Source: Podarcis cretensis
Taxonomy: Eukaryota
DNA: 64,000 nucleotides
Direction: 5' to 3'
Assembly (NCBI GenBank): GCA_951804945.1
Contig: OX638149.1
Span: forward strand, 60,884,001-60,948,000
Position 1 is the stretch's first letter. Each line of letters starts with the position of its first letter. This document shows positions 1 through 13,914 of the stretch, piece by piece. The notes below the pieces were generated by a model, which saw only the letters and a list, made by a program, of their open reading frames with translations, searched no databases and was not told the DNA's origin. The position numbers and the translations under genes were made by a program.

Positions 1-1080
1 CTGATTAACATATGGACACACTCTGCCTCGCTCAAAACAGGAAATCAATTTGAAAGGCAAGACAAATATTATTTGCTCCCTTCCCATCTGCTGTGATATG
101 GGAACACGCCTGCTTTCAGCAGCGATAGAGCCTTATTGATTGAGGGTATTTATAGAGCAGTCACCACTATCAGCAGAGCTATCAGAGGACCAAAGGAAGC
201 AGCATTTGACCCTACGGGCTGTTTAAATGTGTCGCTGCTTCCAAAAATGTTGGCTTTTCTCATTCAAGGTGACAGCCGTACTATTTCATGTTGCGCCTAA
301 AGATACATTTCCTGTTTGTCATCTACTTAGGGGCTGATTGCTGCTAAATTAAGTGTAATTCTAAGAGGTCTCTCCTGCCTGCGCAGTGACCCCGGTCTAC
401 TTCCGAGCTACTGCTTTGACCTTCCGTGTCCACAGGCAGCTTTTATCAATAACAGGGCCATGTCACAAGAGGGGATATTGCCTCTCTCAAGGCTTCTGCT
501 CATTATGGGATTGTACCGCCTTGCCTTACTTTTTAAAAGCAAAAGGTGCAGGGGTTCAGCCCTTCCATGAGTGTCATGCCCTCTGCCCTGAAAGACTGCC
601 CTCTAAGCAAAGATGTGGAGGGGGTGTGAGCGTCACACAGGGAGGGTGGGGGAGCAGCCTTCGCTCAGGAGAGGCATCTATGAGTCATTGAAAGTGAGAT
701 ACCATCCTAACAATGCCTACTCAGAAGTAAGTCCTATTGAATTCAGTGGCTTTTGCGCCTAAGTATGTGAGCTCCACATTGCAGCCTGGCTCCAACAAAT
801 GATTCCCCCCCCTCTCCTCCCAAAAATGTTGCTTCGTTCGCCCAATTTAATCTTAAATATATCTCAAGGCCGAACTTTTCATTTCTTCCAGTGACGCAAA
901 GAGAAAATCTTTGTGCGTTCTTATCCACTCCTTTTCATGATAAGCCTCCCCATCTTCTCAGTAAATAAAATAAACAAGGTTCTCCCACCATTCGACCCTG
1001 AAATGGTGCTGCTGTTATCCTAAGGACAAGATTTAAGGGTGAGTCTAGGCAAGAGAGCTTGAAGATGCTCTGTGATAAGG

Positions 1081-1405
1081 ACATAAGAAGAGCCTGCTGA
1101 CTCTCATCTAGTCCAGCATCCTGTTCTCACAGTGGCCAACCAGATGCCTGTGGAAACCAGCAAGCAGGATTCAAGCACAAGCCCCCTCTCCCCTCCTGTG
1201 GTTTCAGAAGCATTGCTGCCTCCAGCCGTGGAGGCAGAGCACAACCATCATAGCTAATCGCCACTGATAGCCTTTACCTCCATGAATTTATCTAAACTTC
1301 CTTTACAACCCTCCAAGTTGGTGGCCATCACTGCCGCTTGTGGGAGAAAATTCCATAGATTAACTATGCACTGCATGCAGAAGTACTTTCTTTCATCTGT
1401 CCTGA
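1081..1405 (-). mobile_element. CR1 (second subfamily) 3' end
   Basis: acataagaagagcctgctg...tagtccagcatcctgttctcacagtggcc 3'UTR followed by an ORF2-end remnant (aagtactttctttcatctgtcctga). Confidence 0.75.
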
Positions 1406-1616
1406 CGATCAGGTCTCTGTCGCTATTTTAAAAGGGTGACTTCAACCTGCAGGGAACTTTGATTGAGATGAAGGCACCCGGGGCACCAGGTGAATAAAGT
1501 TGTTGTTTTGCCCAAATTCTCCTGCACCTTTTGGGAAATGAGTTTTCATGCTTTCTAGATCTGCTGCATTGCTGTTTCCTCTGCCCCTGGATCGTATTCT
1601 GTTTTACATTGTGCTA

Positions 1617-2014
1617 CCGTATTTTTCGTTCTATAAGACACACCTGGCTTTAGAGGAGGAGAACAAGAAAAAAATCTCTCCCTCTCTGCGCAGCGCCTCT
1701 CCAGCAAAGCGGGAGGAGAAATGGAAGGGGCTCCGTTTCTCCTCCCGCTTCGCTGAAGGGGCGCTGCACAGCTTTTCCCCTCTGCGCAGCACCTCTTCAG
1801 CACTGAAGAGGAGCTGTGCAAAGAGGGAAAGCTGTGCAGCGCCTCTCCAGGGAAGCGAAGTCAGAACAGCAAGAGGGATCGATGTGCACCGATCCCTCAC
1901 CCTCTCCTGGCTTCAGGGATTGCTGCGCAGCGTGCATTCGCTCCATAAGATGCACACACATTTCCCCTTATTTTTAGGAGGGGGAAACTGCGTCTTATAG
2001 AGCGGAAAATATGG
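1617..2014. mobile_element. Tc1/mariner MITE, family B (long copy)
   Basis: TA|ccgtatttttcgttctataagacacac...tgcgtcttatagagcggaaaatatgg|TA. Confidence 0.88.
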
Positions 2015-2330
2015 TATTTTGCTGTTTCAGAGTTCATGTGCATTTATTATCTTATAATCTTGGTTTGTTTGTTTTTATCGCAACTTCAGTTATCGGGCCC
2101 CACAGAAATGAAAGAAAAAGTGGTAAATCGTTTCCCCTCATGCCAACTTTGCAATTCAAATTTCACACCCCCCCCAAACAAAAAACACATAACCCACCTT
2201 TATGTGTCCCATAGAAAAATATTAATGGAATCTGGGCCAGTCACTGTCTTTCAGCCTAACCTACCTCCCAGTGGTGTTGTGATGATAAAATGGGGAGGGG
2301 AGAACCATGTAGACTGACTGAAGGAAAAGG

Positions 2331-2333
<3 letters not shown>

Positions 2334-2369
<36 letters not shown>

Positions 2370-2382
2370 TGTGTGTGTGTGT
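2334..2382. repeat. (TG)n microsatellite
   Basis: Read directly. Confidence 0.97.
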
Positions 2383-2640
2383 TTAAATAAATAAATGAAT
2401 GAATAATGTTGGGCACACACACAATTTGAAACAGCGGGCTAAGAGAATGTGGTAGACTCAAGCAGACAACAGTGTTTGCTGTTGAATCCTTATGGGATGC
2501 AGGGGTTAGAGTGTTGGACCAGGACTGATGAGACCTGGGTTCAGATCCCCAGTCAGTCAGACCAGTCATCAATTCTCTGCATAACTTACCTCAGAAAGTT
2601 ATTGTGAAAATAAAATGGGGGAAGGACACTGTTAGCCACC

Positions 2641-2652
2641 ATGATGATGATG

Positions 2653-2699
<47 letters not shown>

Positions 2700-2918
2700 T
2701 TATTATTTATACCCCGCCCATCTGGCTGGGCCTCCCCAGCCACTCTGGGCGGCTTCCATAGAAAGCAAAAATACAATAAAATATCACACGTTAAAAACTT
2801 CCCTGAACAGGGCTGCCTTAAGATGTCTTCTGAATGTCAGGTAGTTGTTAATCGCTTTGACATCTGCTGGAAGGGTGTTCCACAAGGCGGGCGCCACTAC
2901 CGAGAAGGCCCTCTGCCT
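2641..2918 (-). mobile_element. Same L2 family 3' end with (AAT)n/(GAT)n tail
   Basis: Reverse-complement match to 9300-9560. Confidence 0.88.
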
Positions 2919-4122
2919 CAGGATATAAATGTAACATAATAAATAAATAAATTGGCAGGCAGGAGTAAGACACTGACCTCTCCCTTGTCCATAATTTCCT
3001 TCCTATAAACTTTTGACAAAGAGGGGTGAGGGGTGCATAATGGTACCCAAAGGCCAAAAATCACCCTTGCCAAGAGACAAACTGCTTTTTAAGGCTGCTC
3101 AAGGTGGGAAAACACAGACCTGTGAGTGTAGGGAAGTATTATACCCCTCTGCCTTGTCTTGCTTTGCTTTAACTTCCACCCTTGGCCACTCACTTTATAG
3201 GCAATTGGCTGGTCCTGCCGCTGTCCTGTCTAGTTGCACCCTCATAAGACTTTGGATGGGTGCAGAGCAAAAGATCTGGGTGTTTCTTGGCTTCATTTTT
3301 AAAAGCATCCAGGGCTATGGGAAGCCTCTCTTTCCTTCCTCCTTCCCCCACATATACAGAGAACAGGAATTAGACCGTAATTGGAAATCCTAACATCTGG
3401 AAGAGTGAGCATCTGGAAATCATCACTTCGGCTGAAATGCTTGCAAGTTGACTAAAGGTCCTTATCAGACTTCCGTTCTCCAGATTCCTTTCAACTGCCT
3501 CGTTTTATGACCCCCATCTTTACAAGGTGTGTCCACCTCTACTCTATTTTATACTCCGTAGCAACAGGCATTACAAGTCACTTTTGCCCAGTGAAATTTT
3601 ACAGTCGTCTTTGGAAACCGTGTTGAAGCGAGCATGACTGACCGGGTTGTTGGTACACAACAGGGCCCTGTATCAGCAATAAACTTTGGGAAGCTAAACC
3701 TGAAATAATAAATATATAAAGCTGCCTTATGCTGAGTCATATCATAGGCCTTTCATCCTGGTAATGGTCTACATGGTTCCAGGTTACAGTCTGGATGCAC
3801 ATGAGGGCACCAACTTGCTGAAGCTAAGCAGGTCTGGCTCTGCTTGGGATATGTAGCTGCTTCCTAAAACCATTTTCAAGTTGTTCTTAAAGTGATCAGC
3901 ACTCTGTCACAAGACAGCAAGTAGCAATAATCAAAAACCAAGTAAGTCTTCTGCAGGACCATTATTGAACATCTCCAGAGTTGATGAGGCTCATCTGTCA
4001 CCACCAAAAAGCTGAGCCTTTGGTGTCATTGGCCCAAGCACCTTCTGTTTTAACCCTTACATGTCTGCTGTAAACTTTATGATACTGCCAAGTTTATGCA
4101 GGCAATTAAGAAAATATCAGTA

Positions 4123-4364
4123 CAGTAGTACCTCAGGTTAAGAACTTAATTCATTCTGGAGGTCTGTTCTTAACCTGAAACTGTTCTTAACCTGAAGCAC
4201 CACTTTAGCTAATGGGGCATCCTGCTGCCGCTGCGCCGCCAGAGCACGATTTCTGTTCTTATCCTGAAGCAAAGTTCTTAACCTGAGGTACTATTTCTGG
4301 GTTAGTGGAGTCTGTAACCTGAAGTGTATGTAACCTGAAGCGTATGTAACCCAAGGTACCACTG
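4123..4364. mobile_element. Tc1/mariner (Tigger/pogo-like) MITE, family A
   Basis: TIR cagtagtacctcaggtta...taacccaaggtaccactg with TA on both sides, and internal taacctgaa repeats. Confidence 0.9.
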
Positions 4365-4581
4365 TAATAGTGGATGAGTTTAAATCTTATGTGGTTTTTA
4401 TTGTGTAGATGTATGGTTGTAAACCACTTTGATTTATTTATTTTTAGTAGAGGTATCAAAAACAATTAATAAACACATAAGAGTAACTTTTAACGTTTTT
4501 CTCTTTTTGAACATCTCTCCCAGCTAGCGAGCAATTCCTTTCCTTCACTCCATCAAAATATTTGCCATAGAGATGAGAAAA

Positions 4582-4767
4582 GGCCGTGGCTCAGTGATAG
4601 AGCATTTGCATTGCATTTGAGAGGCTCCTGGTTCAATCCCCAGCATCTTCAGTTAGGGTTGGGGATGTTCCCAGTCTAAAATTCTGGATTGCTACTGCCA
4701 GTCAGTGTAGAGAATATTAAGCTCGATAGACCAATGGCCTGGTTTGGTATGAGTCAGCTTCATATAT
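4582..4767 (+). mobile_element. Older tRNA-headed SINE (Squam3-like)
   Basis: gtggctcagtgatagagca...ggttcaatcccca head, then ctgccagtcagtgtaga...tagaccaatgg...cagcttc. Confidence 0.7.
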
Positions 4768-7700
4768 TCTTCTTCACTCTCATACTCTGAGGATTGTAAG
4801 CTGAGCAAGTTCAGAGAAAAGAAGGTATGGAATACAGAGGCGAACTGTGCGGGTTTCTTTTAAGCTTTTTGATCCACTGCTGCCAAAAGGATTGTAATAA
4901 TGATCTCAGTATAATTATACAACATTGATTGGTGCAATCAGCCCTGGACTTGTGACTCTGTAATCCCATGTAATTCTCTCCACAAATTACCTTTTGAGCA
5001 TCAGAGCCTTGAAGTTCCAAGAAATGCCAGGCATGCTTTCCTTAGCTCAATGTGTGTTCCTTGTTCAGACAGAGAGCATTTCACAGGAGTCAGTGGAACA
5101 GAAACATAAACAAACCTCTGTGCCCTGAGTAGGCCTCTGGAATGCCAAATACCTCCCCCTGCTCCCTGTCACTGATACCTGCAGCCCCATGGGCCACCAC
5201 TGGTGGCTGCAGTTTTGAAAAATTGCACGCTGGGTTTCTCTCCGGTGATTTATCACCCTTTAATAGTTTTTCTGTTGAGGATTCCCAGTTAGCTGCTTAA
5301 CCTTCCTAGTGAAATGCAGCCCTGGGAGAAAAGCAAAAGGGAAAATTTCAGCCATGTGGAAAGCAAAAAGAGGAATTAATGCCGTCTGAAGAAAAATATC
5401 TGTCATTGACAAGAGTTTTTCAGCAAATAATTAGTGGGACCATAAATGTCTGAAGGGATTATTAAAGGGTTGGAAAGTTCAAATATTTGAAGACCGGTCT
5501 AATATTCTAAACAGTGAACCCTTTTAGCTATCATTTTCTGCACAGGGCATTTAAAAAAACAACACAGAGTGACTCAGTACATTCTATCTTAGAGTGCGTC
5601 CCACTAAGGTGCCATTTTGAGGGAAGCGTCAAGTTACTTCTGGGCAATGCAATGGATTTTCTTTCCAGTTAGTAGAGAGGAGCTCTTTTTCCAAGGGCAA
5701 GTTTGGTCTCCTTAAAACAACATGAAAGAACCCTTTGACAGTGATTTCAGTGGGGCCAGGATTTTACACATGATAAAGCAAAATTACTGAAGACACACAC
5801 TTTCCTTCACCTTAACATTCTTCAGTAGTAAAAATTGTTATCCCTAATTTTTCCACAGGGAAATGTGGGGAATTATTTGCTTATTGCCACACTATTAAGT
5901 ATCAATTGTTGTTTCAGCGTATGTCCTGCAATTGCACCTAAAGCGAACATCAGATTGCTACAAAATGTGCACATTTTTGGACACTGTTTCCCAAGCTGGA
6001 CGAAAATATGCACAGAATTAGCTGGGGCAGGAGAATAATTTTTGCACTCACTGAATAAGTGCCTAGTGGTCAATGATACAGGACCATCCATAGGTGAAAT
6101 GCTATGAAGGCAGCTCCTGTCCAAAGTGATTCTTGATACTAGGCTAATGTACATTCTACCATGATGAACCATTTGAACAAAAAGCCAACCTGGCTCTGAG
6201 CATTTCATTGAATTTTGTTTCCAGTTAGTGAAAAGGAGCTTTCACTTATCTTGCTCCCCACCGCTGTCTGCACAACAGAATAGTGTTTTTACCCAACCAG
6301 CTGTCTGCAGTTCATCACCCAACCAGAAAGCTATAATGGTGCCAGGTTTAGAATCAAGAGGCCTTGGCCCACATTTTAATGTTCAGAGCCATTTCTTTAC
6401 ATATATAATGCTTCTGTTTACAAACAACAAAGAGGAGATACATGTTCTGGTGGATGAGGGGTGCTTTTCTTGGCTGCTTTGTATCCTCACCCCACCGCTA
6501 TCTGCTCAGTTTCTCTTGGCTAAAGAGGGAGCAGAGCTATCAGAATAACAACTAGTACTCAGTTCAAACTGATGCAGAAGACCATTTGTCTAAGTTTGCT
6601 TTTGCCTTCTCCATCAATTACTATAAAATCAGAGGTGGCCTTTAGAACAGCTCGCAGACCACACCAGTTCAAAATGTCAGTGGTAGAGATGACTGCATAC
6701 AGGAAAACCAGGTGAACTATTGCTAGCCTATGATGTGTGATAGGTTGTCTATTACACATTTCTTTCATCTGTGTTAATGCTGAGCAACAGCTAGCAGGCT
6801 CAGCAGCAATTCTTGGTGAAGCTACTAGAGATTTTTTTAACTAGAAGAACAGACATGAAAGGCATGACAGATAATAATAATAATAATAATAATAATAATA
6901 GAATAATTACAATACTATCTACCCCTTCCTTCCAAAGGGGGGGGGAATTGAACCCATCAGTGATAAAATAATAGAGAAAAAAATTGAAAACATCTTAAAA
7001 CATGCAATCCTATGCATATTGCTGCTGCTGCTGCTACTATTACTACTGAATTTCAGCCAAAAAGAGTTGCAAGAACCAGAATGTATTTGGGAATAAATCC
7101 TCTAGAACTGAATAAGACTCGGACATGGGATTTATTGCCTTAATGTTACTGTGTATAATGCTAATGCTTCTGTCCTAATTTCTAATCTTCCTTTTAGACT
7201 GCAGTCCTGCTGCATCATGGAACGGTGGCTTTTTGACCAATATACCCGCCATGTCACTCTAAATTCTAAACAGCAGCAAAGAACTGCACACCAGGACATT
7301 ACACCAGATTGTGTCAAGTGAGCGGCGGCGGCATGATCATGAAAACCGTGTGGAAATCGCAACACAAAACTCCTGCGATTTTCTGAGTTCATGGTGTTGC
7401 AAGTGGATTTGTTTTCTGGGGAAATTTAGCATGGAAATGAGAGCTTAACTTCTTCTAGATTTCCAGAAGCAGCTTTTACATCATGTAAAAGATTGCATAA
7501 AATGTGGAAATGATCAGGTAAGGAAAAATCAGGAAGATGGAATAAAGTCTGAATGGAGCCTAATGGAGCAAATAAATGAAAATCCTCAACCAAAAGGAGT
7601 TGGGCCAATATATGATGCAATCTGTGGGCAAGGGACCCGGAGGGAAGAGGAATGAAGACCAAGTTGCCCATGGAACAGCATGATTCAGCTCTACCCAAAG

Positions 7701-9140
7701 ATGCATGGGAAACCTTTTCAATATGGTATTTAGTCAAAGCTGTAAAGCTTTAACCAAGCCACAATTAGAATGCAGGAATTCTTGGTTCATAGCCTTATGT
7801 TCGGTGTTACTATTTCACACATGTAATCAATCAGTAAGTCTCCAAACGTAATAATCATGGCTTAGATGTGCATATATTATCAGCGATATTTCAGGGTTAA
7901 GGCCTCACGCAGTAACAGGTGCTGAATGAATGCAGCCTATGCATAAGGGTGCAGCCTGATCCTGACAAAGCGAATGGGCATATTCTTTGCAGATTTACTG
8001 CTCTCCCTAGGATGAGATGGAAGTGCTAAAAGCTTAAGCTGATACACAGGAGGCTTGTTTATTGCATTGTACAGACCAGAGAGGAATTTCCTGCACATAG
8101 TGCCAAAGACAGAGCGCACAAAAATGCCTCTGAAGTCTGTGGATAGCATTGAACAGGCTCCCTTCTGTATTAGCTTTACTCCTCATATATCTGGGTTTCA
8201 AATTTTAACACAGCTGTATAGGAGGGGCAACCCTAATGCCAGTCTACAGCCCGGCCAATTGTGAGCCGCAGTTTGAGAAAGAAGGGAATCGATTGGACAG
8301 CAAAATGGCTGGAGCGGGGGGAGCTCGTCTACTGCGGGTCTGTAATGACATCATTCCCTGCGCTGTCTCCATCACAATTTTCTAGAACAGGATTAAAGTG
8401 CTGACAGATTCCATTCCAAAACTCCCAGGCAGCTCTTTACATAGCTGTTAGCAGAACAAAAGCATTACACGAGATTTCCTCTCTCCCTCCAACAGCATTT
8501 GATGCTCTCTAATCCTCACCTTGGGAAAAAGCACGGGAGAGCCAACTGCACTTGCTGACATCACACAGGATGTGTTGTCTCTCCGCTGGAATAAATGGAT
8601 TGGGGGAGCCATGGGGGGTGCAGAAAAGGGAGGCTGTGTCTTCCAATCAACCGCTTTGGGTCCAAGGGGGAAGGTCATGTCCACAATCCAAGAGCTAATG
8701 TCTGCAGTTAGTAGATTCTGTTTGGCAGACCACACATGCAACTTTTACAGGAGCTCTGCACAGAGTGAATAAAAATAATGGCCACATCATGTGTTTTCCC
8801 TCCAACAGCTGGACAAAGTGAAAGGAGCATGCTCATTAAAACAGCACCACTGCAATTAACACCAAATTGGGCATGATATAATCCTCTTTCTTTCCATACT
8901 TCCCCACTGCTGTTTCTTCTGCAGGCCACAAGCCTGACCGTTGACGTTTTGAGTAAGCGTCACTGAATGCAACAGGATAAGTCATCGTGTATAGGATGTG
9001 TCATTAGTCTATCTGTGACACATCAGGGCTTCTGTGACATGCTGGTGGCATATCTGGACTTGCTAAAAAAGAATCCCTGCATGTGGAAAAATTGGCTTGA
9101 AAATGAACAGAAGTACACCGATGCTCTTCTCATTATTGAA

Positions 9141-9518
9141 CATTTCAAAGTGTTGGTGCTGACCTTTAAAGCCCTAAACAGCCTCAGTCCTATATACCTG
9201 AAGGAGCGTCTCCACCCCCATCGTTCAGCCCGGACACTGAGATCCCGCGCCAAGGGCCTTCTGGCGGCTCCCTCACTGCGAGATGTGAGGTTACAGCGAA
9301 CCAGGCAAAGGGCCTTCTCAGTAGTGGCGCCTGCTCTGTGGAACGCCCTTCCATCAAATGTCAAAGAAATACAGAACTATCTGACATTTAGAAGACATCT
9401 GAAGGCAGCCCTGTTTAGGGAAGTTTTGAATGACTGATGTTTTAATGAATTTTTAATCTTGTTGGAAGCCACCCAGAGTGGCTGGGGAAACCAATCCAGA
9501 TCAGCGGGGTATATATAA

Positions 9519-9567
<49 letters not shown>
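9141..9567 (+). mobile_element. L2-type LINE 3' end with (TTA)n tail
   Basis: Encodes FKVLVLTFKALNSL...RAFSVVAPALWNALP...FRRHLKAALF, an L2 ORF2 C-terminus, then 3'UTR gccacccagagtggctggggaaacc and (TTA)n. Confidence 0.88.
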
Positions 9568-10269
9568 GGATGCAACACTTTGGCATTAAAAAATTAGCCA
9601 TTTAAAAAATGGCTTGAAAAAATAAATTACAAGCTATCTGCCATGAATGATCGCATTCAAAATAAAGCTTTTGTGGACTCTTCCCTTGATGGACTATGAT
9701 GAACATTATGGCAACAAATGAACCTGTGGTTTCATTTCAGGCACCAAGGGAATAATGGACTGGAAGCGGCAAAGAAACAGAGGGAAGAATGGAGAGATCT
9801 AATGAATGTTTTCCCCTCTTTGAAAACTGATCTCTGTAGCTGAGATTTAGACTTGCCACACAGCTAATGGCTGTTACAAATGGTTGTAGATAAGATAGAT
9901 AGCATCAAGATTGATGGTTTGCTGTTGTTGGGCATAGCGCTTTAAGCTGTGCTCTTGCTGCAATGCAGAGTTCCCAGCAACAACCCAATTATAAGAGGAT
10001 ATAAAGAAGAGAGAGAGAGAGAGAGAGCACTGTGGTATTTGCCTATTTTTCAGACATCCCAGGAAGAGAGGGCTTCCAGTCACATGGCAATTTGTGATCC
10101 CCTTACCCCATTTATTTATCGTTTAGATGCACAGTGTCTTGGAAGTAACATGTTTCCTCACCCTGAAGAGGATTCTCCAATACATTGTTTTCCTCTCTCA
10201 TTGATCCTGTAAAGTTGGGGACTTCATTATTTTCAAGCACTCTGCTCCCACTAGGTAGGAGAGAGAAAT

Positions 10270-10700
10270 CCAATGCAGTTCGCATTCAAAGGCAAACCTA
10301 CCTAATTCACACTTTCTGAAACCATACAGGAACTAGAACACAGCCATCCTTTGAAATGTGCATGTCTCTGAGTTTTACCATGCAGTTCTCCAGCCAAATG
10401 AGGTGTACAACATGCATATGCTAGCAGATAGTGTGCATTACAATTCATATATTTGTCAAAGTAAAGTACAAAAATGCATTATTTGAAGGGAAATGGCTCT
10501 CCAAATATGTGTATATGAGGCAAAATGGCATACAAAAGTGTGTACATTAGGAGAAAGTCACAGTAAAATGCTGATGGATTTTCATGTGGGCTTTTAAAAA
10601 ATAAAATTACAAATGCAAATTATGTGGAAATGTGGAGAAGTGAACCTAAAATTGGAAAAATTGTAAACGAGGGAGAAACCAAAACTGACAATCCCTTGTA
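10270..10700. repeat. Degraded AT-rich interspersed repeat; a related remnant may lie at 53440-53640
   Basis: Recurrent tgcat/aaaatg motifs, ttcgcatt head, gaaaccaaaactgaca end. Confidence 0.35.
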
Positions 10701-11520
10701 CCACTCAAACACACAACAGTTGAATGTACAGGAGAGTTTATCTTCCCCACATAAGATAAACAGGAAGTCCAGCTGGTCTACAGAGGCCCAGCAGAACAAT
10801 ATATCTGCTTCATTACTTAGCTATATATAGAAATTTATATTATTTAGCCTATTGCATCCTATTAAAACACAGCAAGAGCCGGGAAGGGGTTATTGGTTTG
10901 TTTAGCTTTTGTTTTATTATGTATTTTGTGTTTTCATTTTGTATTTTTATGTTGTGAACTGCCCTGTGAACTTTGGATGAAGGACAGTATACAAATTTAA
11001 TTAACAACAACAACAACAACACCCAAACTTGTTTGTCTGTTACTAAGGTGATGACACTAGTAGTTTAGGATTCTGTGGTTATTGTGTATCCCTGTTTAAT
11101 AACTTCACCCCTCTGTTGGTACTCCAGTTTCAGAAATTGGGTCTCTTGCATCACTGGAGAAAAACCCTTCTTTATTAAACGTTTCTTTCATGTCTTTATA
11201 AATGAAATTGGGGATCATCCCGACATCCTTACATAAGGAAAACCCATTAGCAAATATAGAAGCAGTACTGAGAACTCTTCACGGTCCGTTGGATTTTACC
11301 ACATTCCTCTGTAACCCCCTTCATCCATAGCTAGCCAGATGATAAACAGAGAGCTCTCTAAGAAGCTTTTGAGAAAAAATGAGGTTCAGAATGTTACACT
11401 AGTCCTAGCGATTCCACAGGTGATTGTTAAAGAATACAGAGTTCGTGCTTTAAAATTAAAAAATTAAAAAGAGTCCATAGAAGAAGAAGAAAGGATATGT
11501 GAATGTAAGGCAGGCTAGTA

Positions 11521-11781
11521 CCATATTTTTTGCTCTATAAGATGCACCAGACCACAAGACGCACCTAGTTTTTGGAGGAGAAAAACAAGGGGAAAAAATA
11601 TTCTGAATCTCAGAAGCCAGAACAGCAAGAGGGATTGCTGCGCAGTGAAAGCAGCGATCTCTCTTGCTGTTCTGGCTTCTGGGATAGCTGTGCAGCCTGC
11701 ATTCGCTCCATAACACGCACACACATTTCCCCTTACTTTTTAGGAGGGAAAAAGTGGGTCTTACAGAGCAAAAAAATACGG
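11521..11781. mobile_element. Tc1/mariner MITE, family B (medium copy)
   Basis: TA|ccatattttttgctctataagatgcac...tcttacagagcaaaaaaatacgg|TA. Confidence 0.88.
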
Positions 11782-11904
11782 TAATTTTCAATTATTCAGA
11801 CATTTTAATGATTATTTTGTGTCATTTTTATAGTATTTTATGTTTTCTTGTACCTGCATGTGAGGCAGAACCTAGTCACTTTGGCTAGTTGCCAGTGATA
11901 CCCT

Positions 11905-12440
11905 TATCCTAGCAGTTTGTCTAATCCTCTTTTAATGCTATCGGAACTGGTGGCCACTACTACCTCTTGCAGAGGCAAATGTCATAGTTTATGCACTGTG
12001 TGAAGAAGTGCTTCATTTTGTCTGTCCTGAATCTTCCAACATTCAGTTTCATTCGATAACCCTGAGTTCTAGGTTTGCAGGAGAATAAAATATTTTCTCT
12101 ATTGACTTTTTCCATGTGAAACCTTAGGCATCTCTATTGTGTCCCTCCTTAGTAAGTCCTTGCTGACCTTTTTCTTCTAAACTAACAGTCTCCTGATGTT
12201 GTAACCTTTGCTTGGGGAGTTGCTCAAGCCCCGTGATCATTTTGGTTACCATATTCTGAAACCTTTTCAGCTCTACCGTATCATTTTCGGAGTGAGGCAG
12301 CCAGAACTGGACACAGTGTTCCAAGTGCAGTCGCTCCATTGAGTTGTGTAATAGACTCATGGTATTTGAGATTTTATGTTCAATCCTTTCCCTAATGATC
12401 CCTTATCTGGAATTCACCTTTTTGACTGCTTCTGCATGTC
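11905..12440 (-). mobile_element. Degraded CR1 ORF2 3' fragment
   Basis: Track ORF 12124-12360 contains LHLEHCVQFWLPH...VTKMITGLEQLP, a CR1 RT C-terminal remnant. Nucleotide similarity to 1300-1405. Confidence 0.8.
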
Positions 12441-13914
12441 TTCCGGAGAGTGAGTTCATTCATTTATGTGCTTTCAAAGTTCACAATACGTTTGGTCATA
12501 ATCCACAGTAATTTTTGTTGTTGTTACTTGCATTATAAATTGAGATTTTACTGGGAAAAGTGGCTACTGTGAACCATAAAGCAATTGCCTCAATCAAAAG
12601 CAATTTTGCACATTATGTGTAAACACTGAAAGGATCGAATTGTTGCATTTATGCTTTTCACACATTACCGTGCATTAAACCTGGGATGCCTGATTTGTAG
12701 TACCTCACTCAATGTTGTTGGACTACATATCCCATCATCCTTGCCAAATTGCCATGCTGACTGGGGCTAATGGGAGATGTAGTCCATCAACATATGGAGG
12801 TTACAGTCTTGGCTACATCTGCCTACGTATGCCTATTGAAATCAATGCACTTAAGATGGAAAATAGCACTTTTAAATATTTTGAAAAAGAACGAATTGTA
12901 TTCCCCACTAAGTGCATGTTACTAGATATTTTATCCCATAAGGAACTAATAACAAATCCGCTTCAGAGAATGTGGATCTAGACTCGCCTCAGAGACGCCA
13001 TGCATCCAAAAAGATCCCAATGCCTTCACAACTGCTGGAGAATTGGAATAAAGTAAGAACACATTCCTTAAAATATAAAGTGTGTGCATGTGTGCATGAG
13101 AGAGAGAGAACAATTTTATGTCTCTATATTAAAAGTATTAGATATAACAAATATTAAAGAAGAAGAAACATTGCAGACAATGGTCTTTCATTGGTTGGGT
13201 AACAGCATCTACTTCTCTGCTCCAAGTTTCTGAGACAATATCCGAATTAAAAGCACTTCTCATATATGTTAGCAGCTCTTGTCAGTTACAGCATTTCCCC
13301 TTAAGCTCTCATTTGTGACGGGGAGTTTATTGTATGCAGTTGGCAGACAAGACACTAGGCCCCCAGCTGTTCAGATTCCTTCTATGAGTCAACATAATTG
13401 CACCCCCCACTCTAATATCTTCAGCCTCTCTTTGCTGTTGGTTGGTTGTAATGGACAGACCTAAAGTAATTGAGCCACCTGTTGCACTGTTGCATCGCCA
13501 GTTCTGTTTATGGAAGCCCCGCTGAACACTCAGTAACTTGGTTTGACACTAATTGTTTAAGAGCATGCCATTGTGATGGCATTGTAAATAAAGTTGTAGA
13601 TTTCTTTTAATCAATAATAACAACTTGCTCACTAGAGTATAAGTTCATGGCTTTGTTACCTTTTACCTTAGGCGCTTAATGCCAATTTTAAGGACATTAT
13701 AAAATCTGTGCATTTGAAAATAAGTTTATTTTTACAATAATGTACTCTTCCAGCTCGCATTTTTCAGAGTCTTAGAACAAATGACAAAATAGAAATATCT
13801 ACAATGAAATTCATATTTCTACATGGTTTGAGCTATCTGTTTGCTGTTCATTAGGGGGTATATGGAAAGTTAAATGATATCAGCACAATCTTTAGCAGGG
13901 AAGAGTAAATAGTG

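Noticed and set aside
1548-2000. 150-aa ORF and overlapping ORFs
   Set aside because: They lie within a non-autonomous MITE and show no transposase motifs.
2591-2939. Poly-N, poly-I and poly-L ORFs, and similar ones at 9377, 27889, 30926 and 41151
   Set aside because: They are translations of microsatellites.
4123-4364. Repeated taacctgaa units as a CRISPR-like array
   Set aside because: Short irregular internal repeats of a MITE found three times in the window, in a eukaryotic context with no cas genes.
8967-9437. 156-aa ORF as a gene
   Set aside because: The C-terminal two thirds are an L2 ORF2 remnant and the rest is chance read-through.
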